Both the position numbers and the translations under genes were made by a program. This document shows positions 1 to 12,637 of a stretch of DNA of 64,000 nt, piece after piece; within the stretch, counting starts at the first letter, position 1, and the number at the start of each line of letters is the position of its first letter. Source of the stretch: Felis catus (taxonomy: Eukaryota); NCBI RefSeq assembly GCF_018350175.1, contig NC_058382.1, forward strand, positions 52,144,001 through 52,208,000. Reading direction: 5' to 3'. The notes below the pieces were generated by a model. The model ran no database searches and had not been told where the DNA came from. It worked only from the letters and a program-made list of their open reading frames with translations.

Positions 1-123
1 ACAGAATGGGTCAAGACATTTACTTGTGCACGTTCTCTAAGTCCATGTCGACAAGGCTGCTCTCTGGTTCTAAGCCATGGGGAGAAAGGAGGAAGGGAAG
101 CCTACTGTGGGCAGGGCCCAAGT

Positions 124-538
124 TCTAGTGAAGGGGGATGAATAGTGAGCCTGGAACCTCAGAATGTGGCCTTATTGGCAAACAGGGTCTTTGCAGATGT
201 AATTAGTTAGGGATCTCAGGACGAAATCCTGGATGTAAGGACTGTTGTCCTTGTAAGAAAAGGGGACACAGGCATAGAGGAGAGCCCATGTGACGATGGA
301 GGCAGAGGCCAGAGGGATGTGTCTACAAGTCATGGGACACCGAGGATCGCCAGCAACCACCCTTGAGTGGGAGAGAGGCGTGGTGGTTTCCCCCCCCGGA
401 GCCTCCAGGAGGAACCAGCCCTGACAACATGGTGATTTCGGACTGCTGGCCTCCTGAACTGGGAGCGAGTAGATTTGTGTAGTTTTAAGCCACCCCGTTT
501 GTCACGATCTGTTATAGCAGCCCCAGGGAACTAAGATC
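124..538 (+). mobile_element. MaLR solo LTR, MLT1C-like
   Basis: Matches remembered MLT1B/C motifs: gaatgtggccttattggcaaacagggtctttgcagatgtaattagttagggatctc ... ttttaagccaccccgtttgt...gcagccccagggaactaa. Confidence 0.85.
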
Positions 539-657
539 CCTCAGTTTCCCCGAGGAAGTTCACGAGGTCTTGGTTCTGGATCTGCAGCCTCCAGAAGTCT
601 GAGCAGCTGCTTGGCCTCCCTGCCGTCATCCCAGAGCAGAGATCTCATGACGTTCCC

Positions 658-780
658 TTGTTTATTCATGAGTAAATATTTACTGAGCCCCTACGAGGGC
701 CAGGCTGGCCTGGGCATTGTGGGGACAGGATCTATAAGACGGTGCCCTCAAGAAGCTCCTGATTCCATTAGGAGGACAGT
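658..780 (-). mobile_element. L2 3' end fragment
   Basis: ttattcatgagtaaatatttactgagcccctacgagggccaggc...tgccctcaagaagctc resembles the reverse complement of the L2 3' end. Confidence 0.6.
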
Positions 781-1079
781 AGAGTTCTAATGAGCCCATG
801 TGGCCACTCTCCAGCAGTGGCAGAAATAGCCGTGAGTCAGGGAGACATGCTCAGAATGGATTAGGGTCAGGCCATGCACCCCTTAGTCTCAAGCTGGAAA
901 CTTGGGATTTAGGGATCCGTTGGCCCAAGTGACACCCGTCTTGATGGGTGTGTTCTTGATCAGGTTAGATGCCCCTGTGTACTGCCACCGCCGTACAGGC
1001 TTCCATTCCCCCAACACCAGCCTTTCGGGGGGCCAGCAGTGTCTCCGGTGCACTGGTGAAGGCACTGTGACCTACAGAC

Positions 1080-1203
1080 ATTACAGTGAGGAGAACAGTG
1101 CTGTCTACCTGCCTGTTTGAGGAAGACTAGGTGAGCTTTACGAGCTAAGCGCTCGGCCCTGTTTCCGGCACCTAGGGGGTGTTCAGTGAATGTCAGTTGG
1201 TGA
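1080..1203 (+). mobile_element. L2 3' end fragment (degenerate)
   Basis: ggcacctagggggtgttcagtgaatgtcagttggtga resembles the L2 terminus. Confidence 0.4.
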
Positions 1204-1391
1204 TACTGTGTGGCTGTTTTTTTTTTTTTTTCTTTTCCCTTCTCTGCCGTCTCTTCTTCTTACCTGGTATCCTCCTCCATTATCACCAGGGCCCATGTGC
1301 CTCTTGGTTGCTCCAGTCATGATCATTGTCACTATTCTTGTTGCCCTTACTGTTAATGATTATTACAACATGGTTGCTCAGATTCACCCAC

Positions 1392-1589
1392 TTTTTTTTT
1401 TTAAGTTTATTTATTTTGAAAGAGAGGGGGTTGAGGGGTAGACAGAGAGAGAGGAGAGAGAGACTCTGGAGCAGACTCCTCACTGTCAGTGCAGAGCCCA
1501 TGCGGGGCCCGAACCCACGAACCGTGAGATCATGACCTGAGCCTAAATCAAGAGTCGGACACTTAACCAACTGAGCCACCCAGCGCCCC
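1392..1589 (-). mobile_element. Can-SINE (SINEC)
   Basis: poly-T, (AG)-rich tract, then gagatcatgacctgagcctaaatcaagagtcggacacttaaccaactgagccacccagcgcccc (reverse complement of the tRNA-derived head). Confidence 0.95.
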
Positions 1590-2851
1590 TGCTCACATCT
1601 TTGAAGGCGCGGGCTGTCATGCTTGCCTTTGGATCCGTTAAATAAGTTGCCTCAAGCCATCTTCTCCAGCAATGTCACCGAGAGCCCTCTCCCTCCCAGG
1701 GCCCTTTGGGGCAGACAAATGCCACCGATAAACCAAAAGCAAATGCTTTGGGTGAATTCGCCATAGCCACACTGGAGTTGGGGCTGAGAAATGGAGTTCC
1801 TGTCATTGTTGACTGAAAAACACAGCCCTTCTAATAGAGTTTTGGTGCGAGAGCGTTAGCCTCGCTGCCCACGGACTTGAAGGATTGTAGCACTGGCCTA
1901 ACATAATTTTGGTAACTCTGCCTGCTTCTGCCTCGGGTAGAAATAATTCAGATTTCACTCTCCATTTTCCTTAATGGGCTAAACAGCCACTTTGTAATAC
2001 CTGTATTTTATGAGACATAATTCTGGATATTGTTTCTGCAGCGTTTTGAAAAGACAAACCTGAGCGAGCCGGCCATTTAACTTGAGCAATTTTAAAGTTA
2101 TTTGTAAAATGATATGCTGTCTTTTTTGACCCAGTTACTTTATAAAGCTACATTCTTTGGCAAACATTAACACAACTTCTCCGTGTGTGGGCTAAATAAA
2201 TATTCGGGCAACACTGATTGAGCGCTGCCTTGGGTAAATAATTCTCTTTCCACACATTTCCTAGTTTATAATGAGGAGTTTTCTTCATGGTCTGACCGAA
2301 TGTAACATTCCATTGAAAACGAGGCATAAATCCTTGGGTGAGGGAGACGTAGACCCAGGGTTTGAGGGGGTTCATTAAAGAGTGGGGGTGGCCAGGGTGA
2401 CATCCCCCCCCCCATCTTCCTTGGCTCTTTTCTGGTCTTTGGGCCCCCGGGGAGAGGACAGACAGGAGGCAGTGGAAACAGAAACACGTTCTCAGGAGAA
2501 GTAAGCTCAGTCGAACTCCTACATGCCCTCTCCCCAACCTGCACGTCTCCCCCATCCCTCCTCTCGAAAGTGCGACCACGTGATGCTCTCCTGCCTTAGG
2601 AATTTGGGGAGCCCTTGTTCTTGACTCCGCCTCCAGTGCCTGATGTCCCGTGTAGGACATTTTGGCCGAGCGGGGTGGAAGATCTCCAGGGGGGTTGGGA
2701 CGCGTCCTGCTCGGGCTGTTAGTTCCCGGCTCTCCCTGTTTCCGCCCGTGTGCTGGTGGGCGAGTCCCCACAGGGAAGACGCTCCTGTGATCTCCCTGTC
2801 ACCCGTGAGAAGGGGTCACTTATTAGTATTAGGGTCACAGATGGTGAGAAA

Positions 2852-2990
2852 TTGCCATTTATGGCACAATTCATGTATGGCCTTGTTTAAACCTCCTTAT
2901 ACTCTATTAATACTCCTGTTGAAGGTGAGGAAATTGGGACTCAGTGGGGCTTGGCATTCTGTCTGAATGCACACAGCTGCACAGCCACGT
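2852..2990 (-). mobile_element. MIR fragment
   Basis: gaaggtgaggaaattgggactcag...cacacagctg, MIR core reverse complement. Confidence 0.55.
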
Positions 2991-3313
2991 CAGCCTTGCC
3001 TCGAGTTGGGAGCCACACTGCACTCTACCCCTGGTCTTCCTGGTCCCCTTTCCAGGCATTCACCCTTGTCCATCAGTCGGTCCGCTGTTCAGGTCCATCA
3101 GTAGGCCCACTGTGTCTGGGCAGAGCTAAGGGCGATGATCCAAGTCAGCCGGGAAGAAACCTGGTCATCTGTGAGGGGCTTGACCCTGGTGTGCGGGTTC
3201 AGAGCAGGGGAGACACCCCCGGGGGCGAACGAGCAGTGAGGCAGGTGCTACCCAAACCCCCCGGGCATTGCATCATCTGCTTTCCCTGGAGTGGAAAGAA
3301 GCGTTTGCTTCCA

Positions 3314-3490
3314 GGGTGCATGGGTGGCTGGCTCAGTGCGGTAAGTGTCCGATTTTGGCTCAGGTCATGATCTTGTGGTTTGTGAGTTCGAGCCTCAAGT
3401 CGGGCTCTGCGCTGGTGCTGAGGAGCCTGCTTGGGATTCTCTCTGCCCCTTTCTCACTCTTTCTAAATAAATTAATTAATTAAAAAAACA
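3314..3490 (+). mobile_element. Can-SINE (SINEC)
   Basis: gggtgcatgggtggctggctcag...ggctcaggtcatgatcttgtggtttgtgagttcgagcc...gagcctgcttgggattctctct, A-rich tail. Confidence 0.93.
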
Positions 3491-3499
3491 AAGCATGTT

Positions 3500-4140
3500 C
3501 TTCCTCTCAGAGTTTCATTTTTCTTAAAATTAAGGATTTCCCATATGAAATAAGAACATGCTCAGTAAAAACATGGACACCACAGAAACGTGGAAGAGAG
3601 AGGGAGAGAGAAAGAGAAATGACCCAGTACAGTCCCTGTTAGCATTTTGGTACATACTGTCTGGTACTTTTAGATGCACAGGTTGTTCTCTGTTGTCTTG
3701 TGTTGTTGTAATTGCCACATACACACTTGTGATGGGTTCCCCTACAAATTAATTCTGAGTTAATTTTGCTCAGTCCAAATACAAATCCAGAGATCATGTG
3801 TGTTTTTTTTTTTTTTTTTTTGCATAGTTCCTACACACCTTATATACATAGTGGTACCTAGGTACCAGTTTCTTCTTTCACTTAAGATTTCAATCCTTCC
3901 TGGTTTTCTAGACTGTTCTAAGCAGCCCTTTGAAAGGCATCGTGACAGTAAACCATGTAAATGAACTGTGATTTTCACTTCATCGTTCTCCTGCTAACTG
4001 GAGTTTTAGGTTGTTACTGACTCTTGCCAGTCACAAGGCCATGACCATCTTTGGTTGTCAAGTACTTCCCGGTTAAGATGATTTCTGTGGGATCGATTTG
4101 CCAGAAGTGGAATTTCCAGGTCAAAGGTGCGGACACTGGG
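3500..4140 (-). mobile_element. old L1M (L1ME-like) 3' fragment
   Basis: ctgttagcattttggtacatact; ttttaggttgttact; atttctgtgggatcgatttgccagaagtggaatttccaggtcaaaggt are typical of antisense old L1 3' regions. Confidence 0.6.
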
Positions 4141-6835
4141 AACCCCCTACTACATATGAACTTGGGCCAGAGACCCACCACATAATGGAGAATGTACCTT
4201 GGGCTTGCCTGGAGAGCCAGGGGCAAGGATGGGAGTAAGTGGATCTTCCGATTAAGGACTTATCCAGATGGGCTAAATGACCAGCTTATTTTATTGTAAA
4301 AATGGAGTGGATTTTATGCTTCCTTTATGTGCACGGCTTCCAAGACAATTGGGAACTGGACGGGTATTTGTCACACCATAGAATGCCAGGACATGGAACC
4401 GGTCCCGAGGCTTCTGAAAAGGAGTTCTAAATTTGGATGCCTCTGAAGTCACTTCTTGCGGTGCAGTGCGGACAATACTCTGCTTCGACGATGGCTGAGC
4501 CTCAAGTGCCAGGATGCGGAAGACGCTCCCAGGTCATAATTAACCTTCTTCAAAATAAGAAGGGAGAAAGGCTGCTGAAAGGCTTTCTGCGCTCTAGGAA
4601 GGAGAACAAAATTGCAAAATGCTAACACTCTTGAAACCCCTGCTCTTGTCCATTCCTTACTAAGAACCGTTCTCCCTGGATTGAACGAGTCTACGCTTTT
4701 CACACAAGTCCTAAAAATCTGCCCTTCCTCATTTTTTTTTTTTTTTTTTTGGCAAGTGACCTCCCGCAGTTCCCCTCCCTGTCACAGCTCATCCATACAT
4801 TCTTTGGAAGACTCCCCTTGAAGACTGGATTTTCGCTCTGTGGCCGCTGAGATGTTGTGTTTGTTCAGTAAGTTCATAGAACCATTTGGTATTATATGGA
4901 ATTAACGAAAACCCAGTTAAATCATGTACCCTGAAACCAAGCAGCTGCATATGGAAAAAGCCTTCTGTGACCCAGCGGTCACCATCCTAACTGCCCTACA
5001 CATATACTCACATTCCAAAGACCTTCTACTTTTTTTCCCCTCTGTACAACAATACCCTGTTTTTGAAAGTACTTGTTCTGCTAATTTATTCTTAAACAAG
5101 AGGAGGAACCAGTATTGGGTCCCCTCATAAAACAGTTAACGGGAAGCCTGAGGCATCTTTTAGTGTCGGTTTTTTGGCTGATGCTTGGAATGGCTCCATC
5201 AATCACTGCTATTCATGTATAGCTGGTTTTTATGTCAGTTAAACCATCTTCCATCAAGTTGGTGGAGCAGAGTCAGGGAACAAGATGAATAGGGGAAGCG
5301 TCTTCTGTGGTGTGGAAAGGGCTTTGCTTTTAAATGCCGATGTTGATTTCTTAATATTTTCAGCTTCCTCTTCCTAAGCCAGTTCCACTCTGACCATCGC
5401 TCAGAAGTCTGTTCTTTTAATCTTGTTCAGGGGGCGGTGAAGGTGGGGGGAGTGCTGGGTGCCAGTCTGGAAGTGCCAGCGATGGTCCCGCTGATGAGGG
5501 GGATTCATGATCTGTCCTGGGCTCCTGAGAAAGGGAAATAAATCCTGGGGTCCTGGGAATGATCCTTGTAGCCACAGGGCGGCGAAATGTCATGCCCCCA
5601 GTCAGCCCGTAGCGACGTCCATCTGTGCCGTTGGAGTCTTGCATGGGGATGTGTAGTTATTTCACACAAGACAGCGTGGCATGGTGTTTCTTGAAAGATG
5701 TATTTTGTGTATCTCAGTGTCAGTTTACATGTTTTCTGCCCAGAAATCAACAGGATTGCTGCCCTACCCCAGACCCCTTTAATTAGGTTCAGTCCTCTGG
5801 AGAGTATTCCTTGAGTGAGTGCAGTGTTCACAGCTGTGTGTGCCAACTCCAGAGGGAGGGGGCGATGGATGAGGGCTCCCCCCACCCCGCCCCGGAGGGG
5901 AGGAGTAAGTTTTCTCTGACGCTGTTGAGAAATGCTGATCGTATGATGATAAAAAGCATTTGGACTTGGGCCACTTGTATTACTGCTTTGAAATTCTCTA
6001 CGGACAGTGCACCTGTTTATTGTTTGCACCCTGAGTGGACCCATCTCCCCACTGGCCACTCCCCTCTGTTTGTGCCATGGGTGCAAGAAGTGCCACTAGA
6101 GACCCTGGGATTGGTGGTTCGGGTTGAACGGGGGAGGTGATGCATGAATGCAGAGGGTGATGCCAGTTGCCAGTTGGCCCAGGTTCGCACTGCAATTGCT
6201 TCCGTTAGGTCTGCTCAGTCCCTCATTGTGCATTGCCCTCTGCGGGGGTGGGGGGGGAGTCCTGTGAACCCCCTGGTTAAAATTCATGCATATGGGTCCC
6301 CTCTTCACAGGTCTTCACTCCCGCCTCTGGGCCATGAATGGGTTCCTGGATCACTTCACTGTTTGAGAGATGCTCTTTGGTCCTCACGGTGCCCACCTGG
6401 GTTCTTACTGTTCCCTCACCTCCTGCACACTCAGGGCACATCAGACCACAGAAAATGTTTTTGTATAAACTCAGGTGAACCGAAGTGATCATTTTAACAA
6501 CACTTGGGACTTGTTTGTATTTGTAGGGCCCTTTTCTTCCCAAGGATTGCACGCTGCAAACCATCCCGCAGCTTTTGAAAGGTGAACGTTTCACATTTTA
6601 CAGCAGAGATGGGATGGCTGTGTGTGGGGGTTGGGAGCCTGGAATGGGGGGGGGAGGGCACCAGAAGGGGAAAACGGGAGGAAGGGGCGAGTGAGATAAG
6701 CAAAGGGAATTCAGAAAGTAATAAAGTCCTGCAGTAATCAGAGGGCTGAGGCCAGGTCCCTGGGGAGCAGCTGTACACAGAGTGATTCAAACCCACTCCA
6801 GACCTGTGTTCCAAATCATTACCTTCACCTGGAGA

Positions 6836-7040
6836 AGCAGACCCGGCCTTGGGCGAACCACCCCCACTCCCTGGCTCTGTGACCTTGGCAATTTACTTCC
6901 CCTCTCTCTCCGAGATCAGTTTCCTCATTTGTGAAACAGCAGTAATCTCTAACTCACAGGACCATGAGGGGATTAAATGAGAAATCACACTCTGAGTGTT
7001 GAACACATTGTCTATCTGGCACGTCAGGGAGAGCTCCAGA
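6836..7040 (+). mobile_element. MIR
   Basis: ctgtgaccttggcaatttactt...cagtttcctcatttgtgaaac...ggattaaatgagaaat, MIR core. Confidence 0.8.
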
Positions 7041-7043
7041 ACT

Positions 7044-7275
7044 GCCAGTGTCGTGGCTAAGAGCTTGGTTCTGGGGCTTGATGGCTTGGGTTTGATTCTC
7101 AACACTGCTCTTTTCTACCTGTCTTCCTCTGGGCACGTGAGTTCATTTCCTTTGTGCATTTTCCCCTCCCTGTGTAATACACGGATAACAACAGACATTT
7201 CGTTGGCAAGGTGAAGTGAGATGGTCGTGTACACATGCCTGGCCAGTCGGTGGTGCCCAACAGATACAAGTTATT
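7044..7275 (+). mobile_element. MIR (second, adjacent copy)
   Basis: gccagtgtcgtggctaagagcttggttctggggc...gggtttgattctc resembles the MIR 5' head; degenerate core follows. Confidence 0.55.
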
Positions 7276-8548
7276 CGCGTTGGAAGGATTGCTTACTGGG
7301 TGTCTGTGCCGTGCCAGGCAGGGTGGCCAAGCCGAAATGACCGGTCGGGGCAGCTGAGCACGGACGTCTGGAGTAACTTTGCCCAAGGTCCATCAGCCCT
7401 GGTTCCTGCCTTCTGGTGCAGCTGTGCCAGGTGTTTGAAGAAGGAGGAGGAAGCCCGCTTTTGTTCCTTGCCCAGATTGTATCCAAGGTCTCATTTCATG
7501 CTGTTTCATCACAGTATGTGTGCACAGGGCCTGGTACATAGCAGGTGCTCTGTAAGTGCAAGTTCATGTGCTCCCTTAGGGTCAGTTCATAAGCATCAGC
7601 TTTTGCCTTTTCTGCAGCTTGTTCCATTGCAATCAGCTGCTCATTCCAAAGCAACCACCATTGACTTTGCACATGTGCCGGCCCCTCTCCCTATGCCTCC
7701 TCTCCTTTCCTTCTGTTTGAGGAGCAGCAGTGGTAGGTAAGGAACCAGAATGTCTCTCTCCGGTCAACCTCTGTTGCTACAAAACTGTTCCATCTAATCT
7801 CAGTCTAAAAGCCACCTAAAATATATTTACTTGTATCCAAAAGGATACAAAACCATTACCCCTAAGCCCCAGTACCTTTGGACTACATGGTGCCCCGGCC
7901 ACTTCCTTGCTTGTTAGCTTGTCCAACAACTGGCTGGCACGGTGCAGACAGAGCCATCAAGTACTTCTGTTGCTAAAGCACGTGCTAATACCTGCCCCCC
8001 TGCAAGGTTTAGTGAAGGAGAAGTTGGAAATTAATGGCCAAATGAAGGTTTTAGGTTATGTGTGGATTTCATTTATCCACGCTCTCTCTTACCCCCATTA
8101 GCATGGTTAATTAAGAGTTGTCAATACATCTTTGCCGGAGTATTTGATTATTTTTTCAGCAGGGAAGATTAGAATGAAGTCTTCAGATCTGGCAAGTGTC
8201 ATGGGACTTGTAGAGTAAATTGCAGGTTAAGCCCTCATTTTGATCTCCGGGACCAGAGCAAGCACCGTTTCATTGACATGCCATCAGCTATGATCTGAGG
8301 GAGCACACAGAGGTGCCTTTTGGGGACAGAAGAGGGGCGTCTTGCTCTTGTCTCCCATGTTGAAAGGGTTTATTGCACAGTGAGTGTGTGTGGGTGAACA
8401 AACAGCAGGCTGGGGTTAGAGTTGACTGGAGCTAGCTCTGAAAGCCTTTTGATCTCTGCTTTATTTCAAAAATATACACGTGTGTGTTTATGTATGCATA
8501 TGCATACACATATTTTCGTGTACATATTTCTGTCCAGCCAGAGAGGTT

Positions 8549-8567
8549 TGTGTGTGTGTGTGTGTGT
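8549..8567. repeat. (TG)n microsatellite, short
   Basis: Direct read. Confidence 0.9.
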
Positions 8568-9309
8568 ACCAATGACAGACAAGGTTGAAGTTGACAAGTT
8601 AGCCCTGCCAACCCCTTGATTGATGATTTATTAAAAAGTATATGTGTATATATACGTACACACGTATCTCCACCCGAGCAAAAATACCGTCTCAATCTCC
8701 CTTTTTGCCTCCCGGACAAGCGTAGTAGCAAACACTTCCTGCAAATGGCAAATGGCTCTGCCTTTTAGGCGTTTCTTGTAGCATTCATGTTGTCAGTGGC
8801 CTTTATTTTCCCTTCTACTTTAGGGCTCCCATGTTCTGGAATAAATCTTACCAGCAGTTAATTATACCTTGAGATTTCCAGGAGAGGCAGGCTAGTTTTT
8901 ATTATTTTACCCACTAAATATACCTCTAGATAACACAATACATATTTACAATGACAAGTTTTGTTTTATTTATAGGGTTATAACAAATCATCAAAAACAA
9001 CCCAAAAAGGGCCACTTAGACCAACATCCTTGTTTCTCCTTCTGCTTCATCAATGAATTATGCATGCATTACAAATGGCAACGAGGAGCAAAGGTCAGTT
9101 TAGAACAACACAGATTGGAAAATTACACCATTTGTTTAAACAACATTTATTATTGATTATTCAGCATAGAGGCTGATAGGAGCACAACTAGTGGCAGTAA
9201 TATCATCTACTCACGTAGGCCCTTTATAAATGTCGGACCCTACTCTCTGTGTAGATCAGAATAATTGTTTAAATTTTCCAGCTCTCTTTTGCAAGAGAGC
9301 AAAGACAGA

Positions 9310-9720
9310 TTTGGCATCTACTTCCTCAAGTCCTTGAATCCCCATGAGATCCCTGATAGAGTCCATATTTCACAGAAGAGGGAGAATCGAGGTTCAGATG
9401 GATTAAGTAATTTGCTTGAGGTCACATTCCTAAGGTCGTACATAGTCTTTCCAACACATAACACTGTTAATGTGTCAGAGACCAGTGATTCATTAATGAA
9501 AGCAATGATAATCATAATAATCATGTATATTATAGATTAACTCTTATTTTGCCGGACCCTGTCCTAACTGTTTTGCATGTGTTTTGTCTTTCAGTCTTTA
9601 CACGAACTCTATGAATAAATGTGGTTATAGTTGAAGAGTCTAGGGCTCTAAGGGGTTAAGTACCCTGCGTTAGATCACAGGGTCAGTAAGTGAGGGAGCT
9701 GGGAACCTGAAAGATACCAT
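9310..9720 (-). mobile_element. two MIR fragments
   Basis: catatttcacagaagagggagaatcgaggttcagatggattaagtaatttgcttgaggtcaca and ggggttaagtaccctgcgttagatcacagggtcagtaagtgagggagctggga. Confidence 0.65.
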
Positions 9721-11214
9721 CACGTCCTAGCTTCATATTTTGGTGCTTTCCATAGAGCATCTCTTCCTGCCTCGTGGGCATTGCGACGTCATGACCACGT
9801 TTGATTAGTGGTTGGGTCAGTGTTTGAGTTGAGTCTGTCTAATGTAGAGTTCCCAAGAGCCAGGGAAACACGATATTTCACTTCATAAACATAAAGCTTC
9901 ATTTTGGTGTTAAATAGTCCTAGAGTGGAATGAACACCATTACTTTCACTAAAATGGAATTCAAGAAATAAAACCCAAGAGACTAATGGTAAGAGTTATG
10001 TAATAGTGACTTGGGCATGAGAAGGCTAAGGTGGTAGAATTAGGAGTGTGCTTTCATTGTATGCAGAGTGCCAGGCAGGGCTAGAAGCTGACTCTCCAGC
10101 TCTGCCCTCACTGTCTCCCAGGACGAATCCACTGGTATTTCATTTTACAATACAGGTCCCAGGCAAGAATGAAATCTGTTGAGCCACGCGCTCAGGACGT
10201 CTGGTCTACTCTCCTTACTTAGCTAGGGTTGCTTGGGATCTCTGCATGATGGTCTTTTTTTTTTTTTTTTATTTCTTTAACATTCCATAAAGAATTATCT
10301 TGAATACACCAAAAAAAATCCGTTTTGTCTTCTCGCACAGAGCCTTGCCTCTTCTCCTCCATCGCTCAGTCATTTGTTTCAGGCAGCTGTCCGACTCCCT
10401 GCTCTCAGAGCCCTCTTACAGAGCATCGGGAACAGTCTGTGACTTGTGCCCCTCGTTTCTCAGTTCCAGTCACGGGATTGGAAGCTGTCCGTATGTCCAC
10501 GGGCAGGGCCACACCTTGGCCTGTTCCTTAGGGGGCCACTGGGTCACCCTCCAAAGAGGCCTCGCTTTGCAAGGACAGCTCAGGGTGGGTTTCCAGCACG
10601 GTCTCCGACATGTTTCAAATGCCACCCACAGCCTCCCTTGTCATGTTCTTCACCTTTACGGTAAGCTCTCACGTTGTGATTTTTACAAGTCTTGTCCAGG
10701 GCCTCTGATTTTCTGTTTAACATTGCCATAAGCAATAAGAGTGTAACTGTCTTGGCACATTCACTACCCTCTCCCCCCCGCCCCTGCCCCCTGCCATACC
10801 TTCTTGGGTCTGGCACGCCGACTTTATGAGCCAAGAGAGCTGTTCCTGGGTTTCCTTACTTCCAAAACAGTCGGTAGGGGCAGGTACCTTTGAGAAGCAG
10901 GGAAAAGGGACTTCTGTGATTAAACGTAAAGGAAAGAAGAAGAAACTACACCGTGGAAAGAGAAGAATATACATTCTTTTCGATAAATTGGCTTTTGCAG
11001 TTACCGCTCTCTTTACTACTTGGGTAGAGGGGAGAGAGCCAGAAGTCCTATGGTTAAGCGGGTACACACTTACTCTCCCTAATGTCTTTTTGGGGCAGAG
11101 CGGCACAAGAGCGTCCTGTACCCACGCACGCCGGTTAGGAAAACGCATGCCCTTGAGATGCGGGAGACCTAGCTGAGAATCACACATCCCAGAACACTAA
11201 GCAAGAGTAGTCTC

Positions 11215-11430
11215 CACAGTTTATTGAGCGCCCGTGACAGCCAGACATTTTCCTGCTTCCTCCAGAACCATAATCACGTTCATCCCTCAAAATGTCCCTG
11301 AGGTTTTACTGTTCCCATTTTATAGATGAAGAACTGAAAGCTCAGGAATGAGTGACAGCTTATTCAAGGCCATGCGGTATCAGGACGTGAGCCCCGTGCA
11401 TCTGACCACCAGTCCCGGGGCCCGGCCACT
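11215..11430 (-). mobile_element. MIR
   Basis: tttattgagcgccc...cccattttatagatgaagaactgaaagctcagg. Confidence 0.75.
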
Positions 11431-11620
11431 GCGCCGCGAGGCTCCACGCCTGCCCTAAGTGGGGTGAGCGGCAGGTCAAAACTGATCTTCCAGTCGGCCC
11501 CACCACCGGCTTCCAGCCTACTGTCCTTGTCACTTGACTGCATCCTCACATATCCTGCTTTCCTGCCTCTCCTGTCCAAGAACTCAACACCCAACGTCAT
11601 TGCTAAGAAAGGAAGTTGTT

Positions 11621-11825
11621 GGGGGTGCCTGGGTGGCTCCGTCAGTTAAGCGTCCAACTTCGGTTCAGGTCGTGATCTTGAGCCCCGCATCGGGCTCTGT
11701 GCCCACAGCTCAGAGCCTGGAGCCTGCTTCAGATTCTGTGTCTCCCTCTCTCTCTGCTCCCCCCCAGCTTGTACTCTGTCTCTGTCTTAAAAATGATAAA
11801 GAAACATCAAAAACAATTAACAACA
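11621..11825 (+). mobile_element. Can-SINE (SINEC_Fc-type)
   Basis: gggggtgcctgggtggctccgtcagttaagcgtccaacttcggttcaggtc...cagagcctggagcctgcttcagattctgtgtctccctctc; degenerate TSD aagaaaggaagttgttg/aagaaggaactttttg. Confidence 0.95.
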
Positions 11826-11849
11826 AGAAGGAACTTTTTGCCTCACTGA

Positions 11850-12090
11850 ACCTAGCAGCTCAGTCCAGGAGAGAAGTATGCTGGGTTCAGACTCAGAAGA
11901 CAAAGCTTTGTGGTGGGCTTCCCACTTCCCTACCCCCAAATGCGTAACCTGCCTCAGCCTCAGTTTCATCATTGGCTAAATGGGAAGAACAGTGTCTACC
12001 CAATAAAGTATTTGCAGGAATCAATGAAACTCACGTCCCATCTGCGTTCAGTGAGTATTTGTTGAATGAATGAATGATTGATGAGTGCAT
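11850..12090 (+). mobile_element. MIR fragment followed by L2 3' tail
   Basis: ctcagcctcagtttcatcattggctaaatgggaagaacagtgtctacc; gttcagtgagtatttgttgaatgaatgaatga. Confidence 0.6.
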
Positions 12091-12591
12091 TCATAAATAT
12101 GAATAGAAAACAGAACCGGGCACTAGTGAGTGGTAAAGTGGCCCAGATGCCTCTCTCTCTGTAGTCTTGTAAGCTGTTATGTGTAATTGTACACCGGATA
12201 GAAGGCTCTATACACATTGTAGTCTCTGTAAATAGTGACCCATTCAATTTTTCAGTATACCAACTGAGCAACCATACCTGCAGCCCTGGTGTCCTGTGTT
12301 GTGATTCTAAGAATCACATCTACATACATTTGCTTCAGGTGAGGCCAAGGAAATCCTCACTTTCTGACACTTCTGGCTTTGGACTTGAGTCCCTGTCTGT
12401 TTCTTGACAATCCAAAGGAATGCCGGCCCCATGAACTTCTTAAACATACACAGGGGCTCCTGGTCTGGAGTCTTCATCTGGTTGCTAGAATGTTTAAAGA
12501 AGGATTTTTGTGATTCTTATAGGCTGACACACTGGCTGTCGTCTGTTGTTTTTCTAATCTCCCAGTAAACATTTGGAAAGTGAAGGTTTCG

Positions 12592-12593
<2 letters not shown>

Positions 12594-12635
<42 letters not shown>
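12594..12635. repeat. (GT)21 microsatellite
   Basis: Direct read. Confidence 0.97.

Positions 12636-12637
<2 letters not shown>

Noticed and set aside
2148..2771. Longest ORF (207 aa)
   Set aside because: Non-ATG start, GC-rich low-stop context, no homology recognised
7831..7850. Hairpin ttgtatcc-aaaa-ggatacaa
   Set aside because: An 8-bp stem is expected by chance in 64 kb; too short for a pre-miRNA and without supporting context
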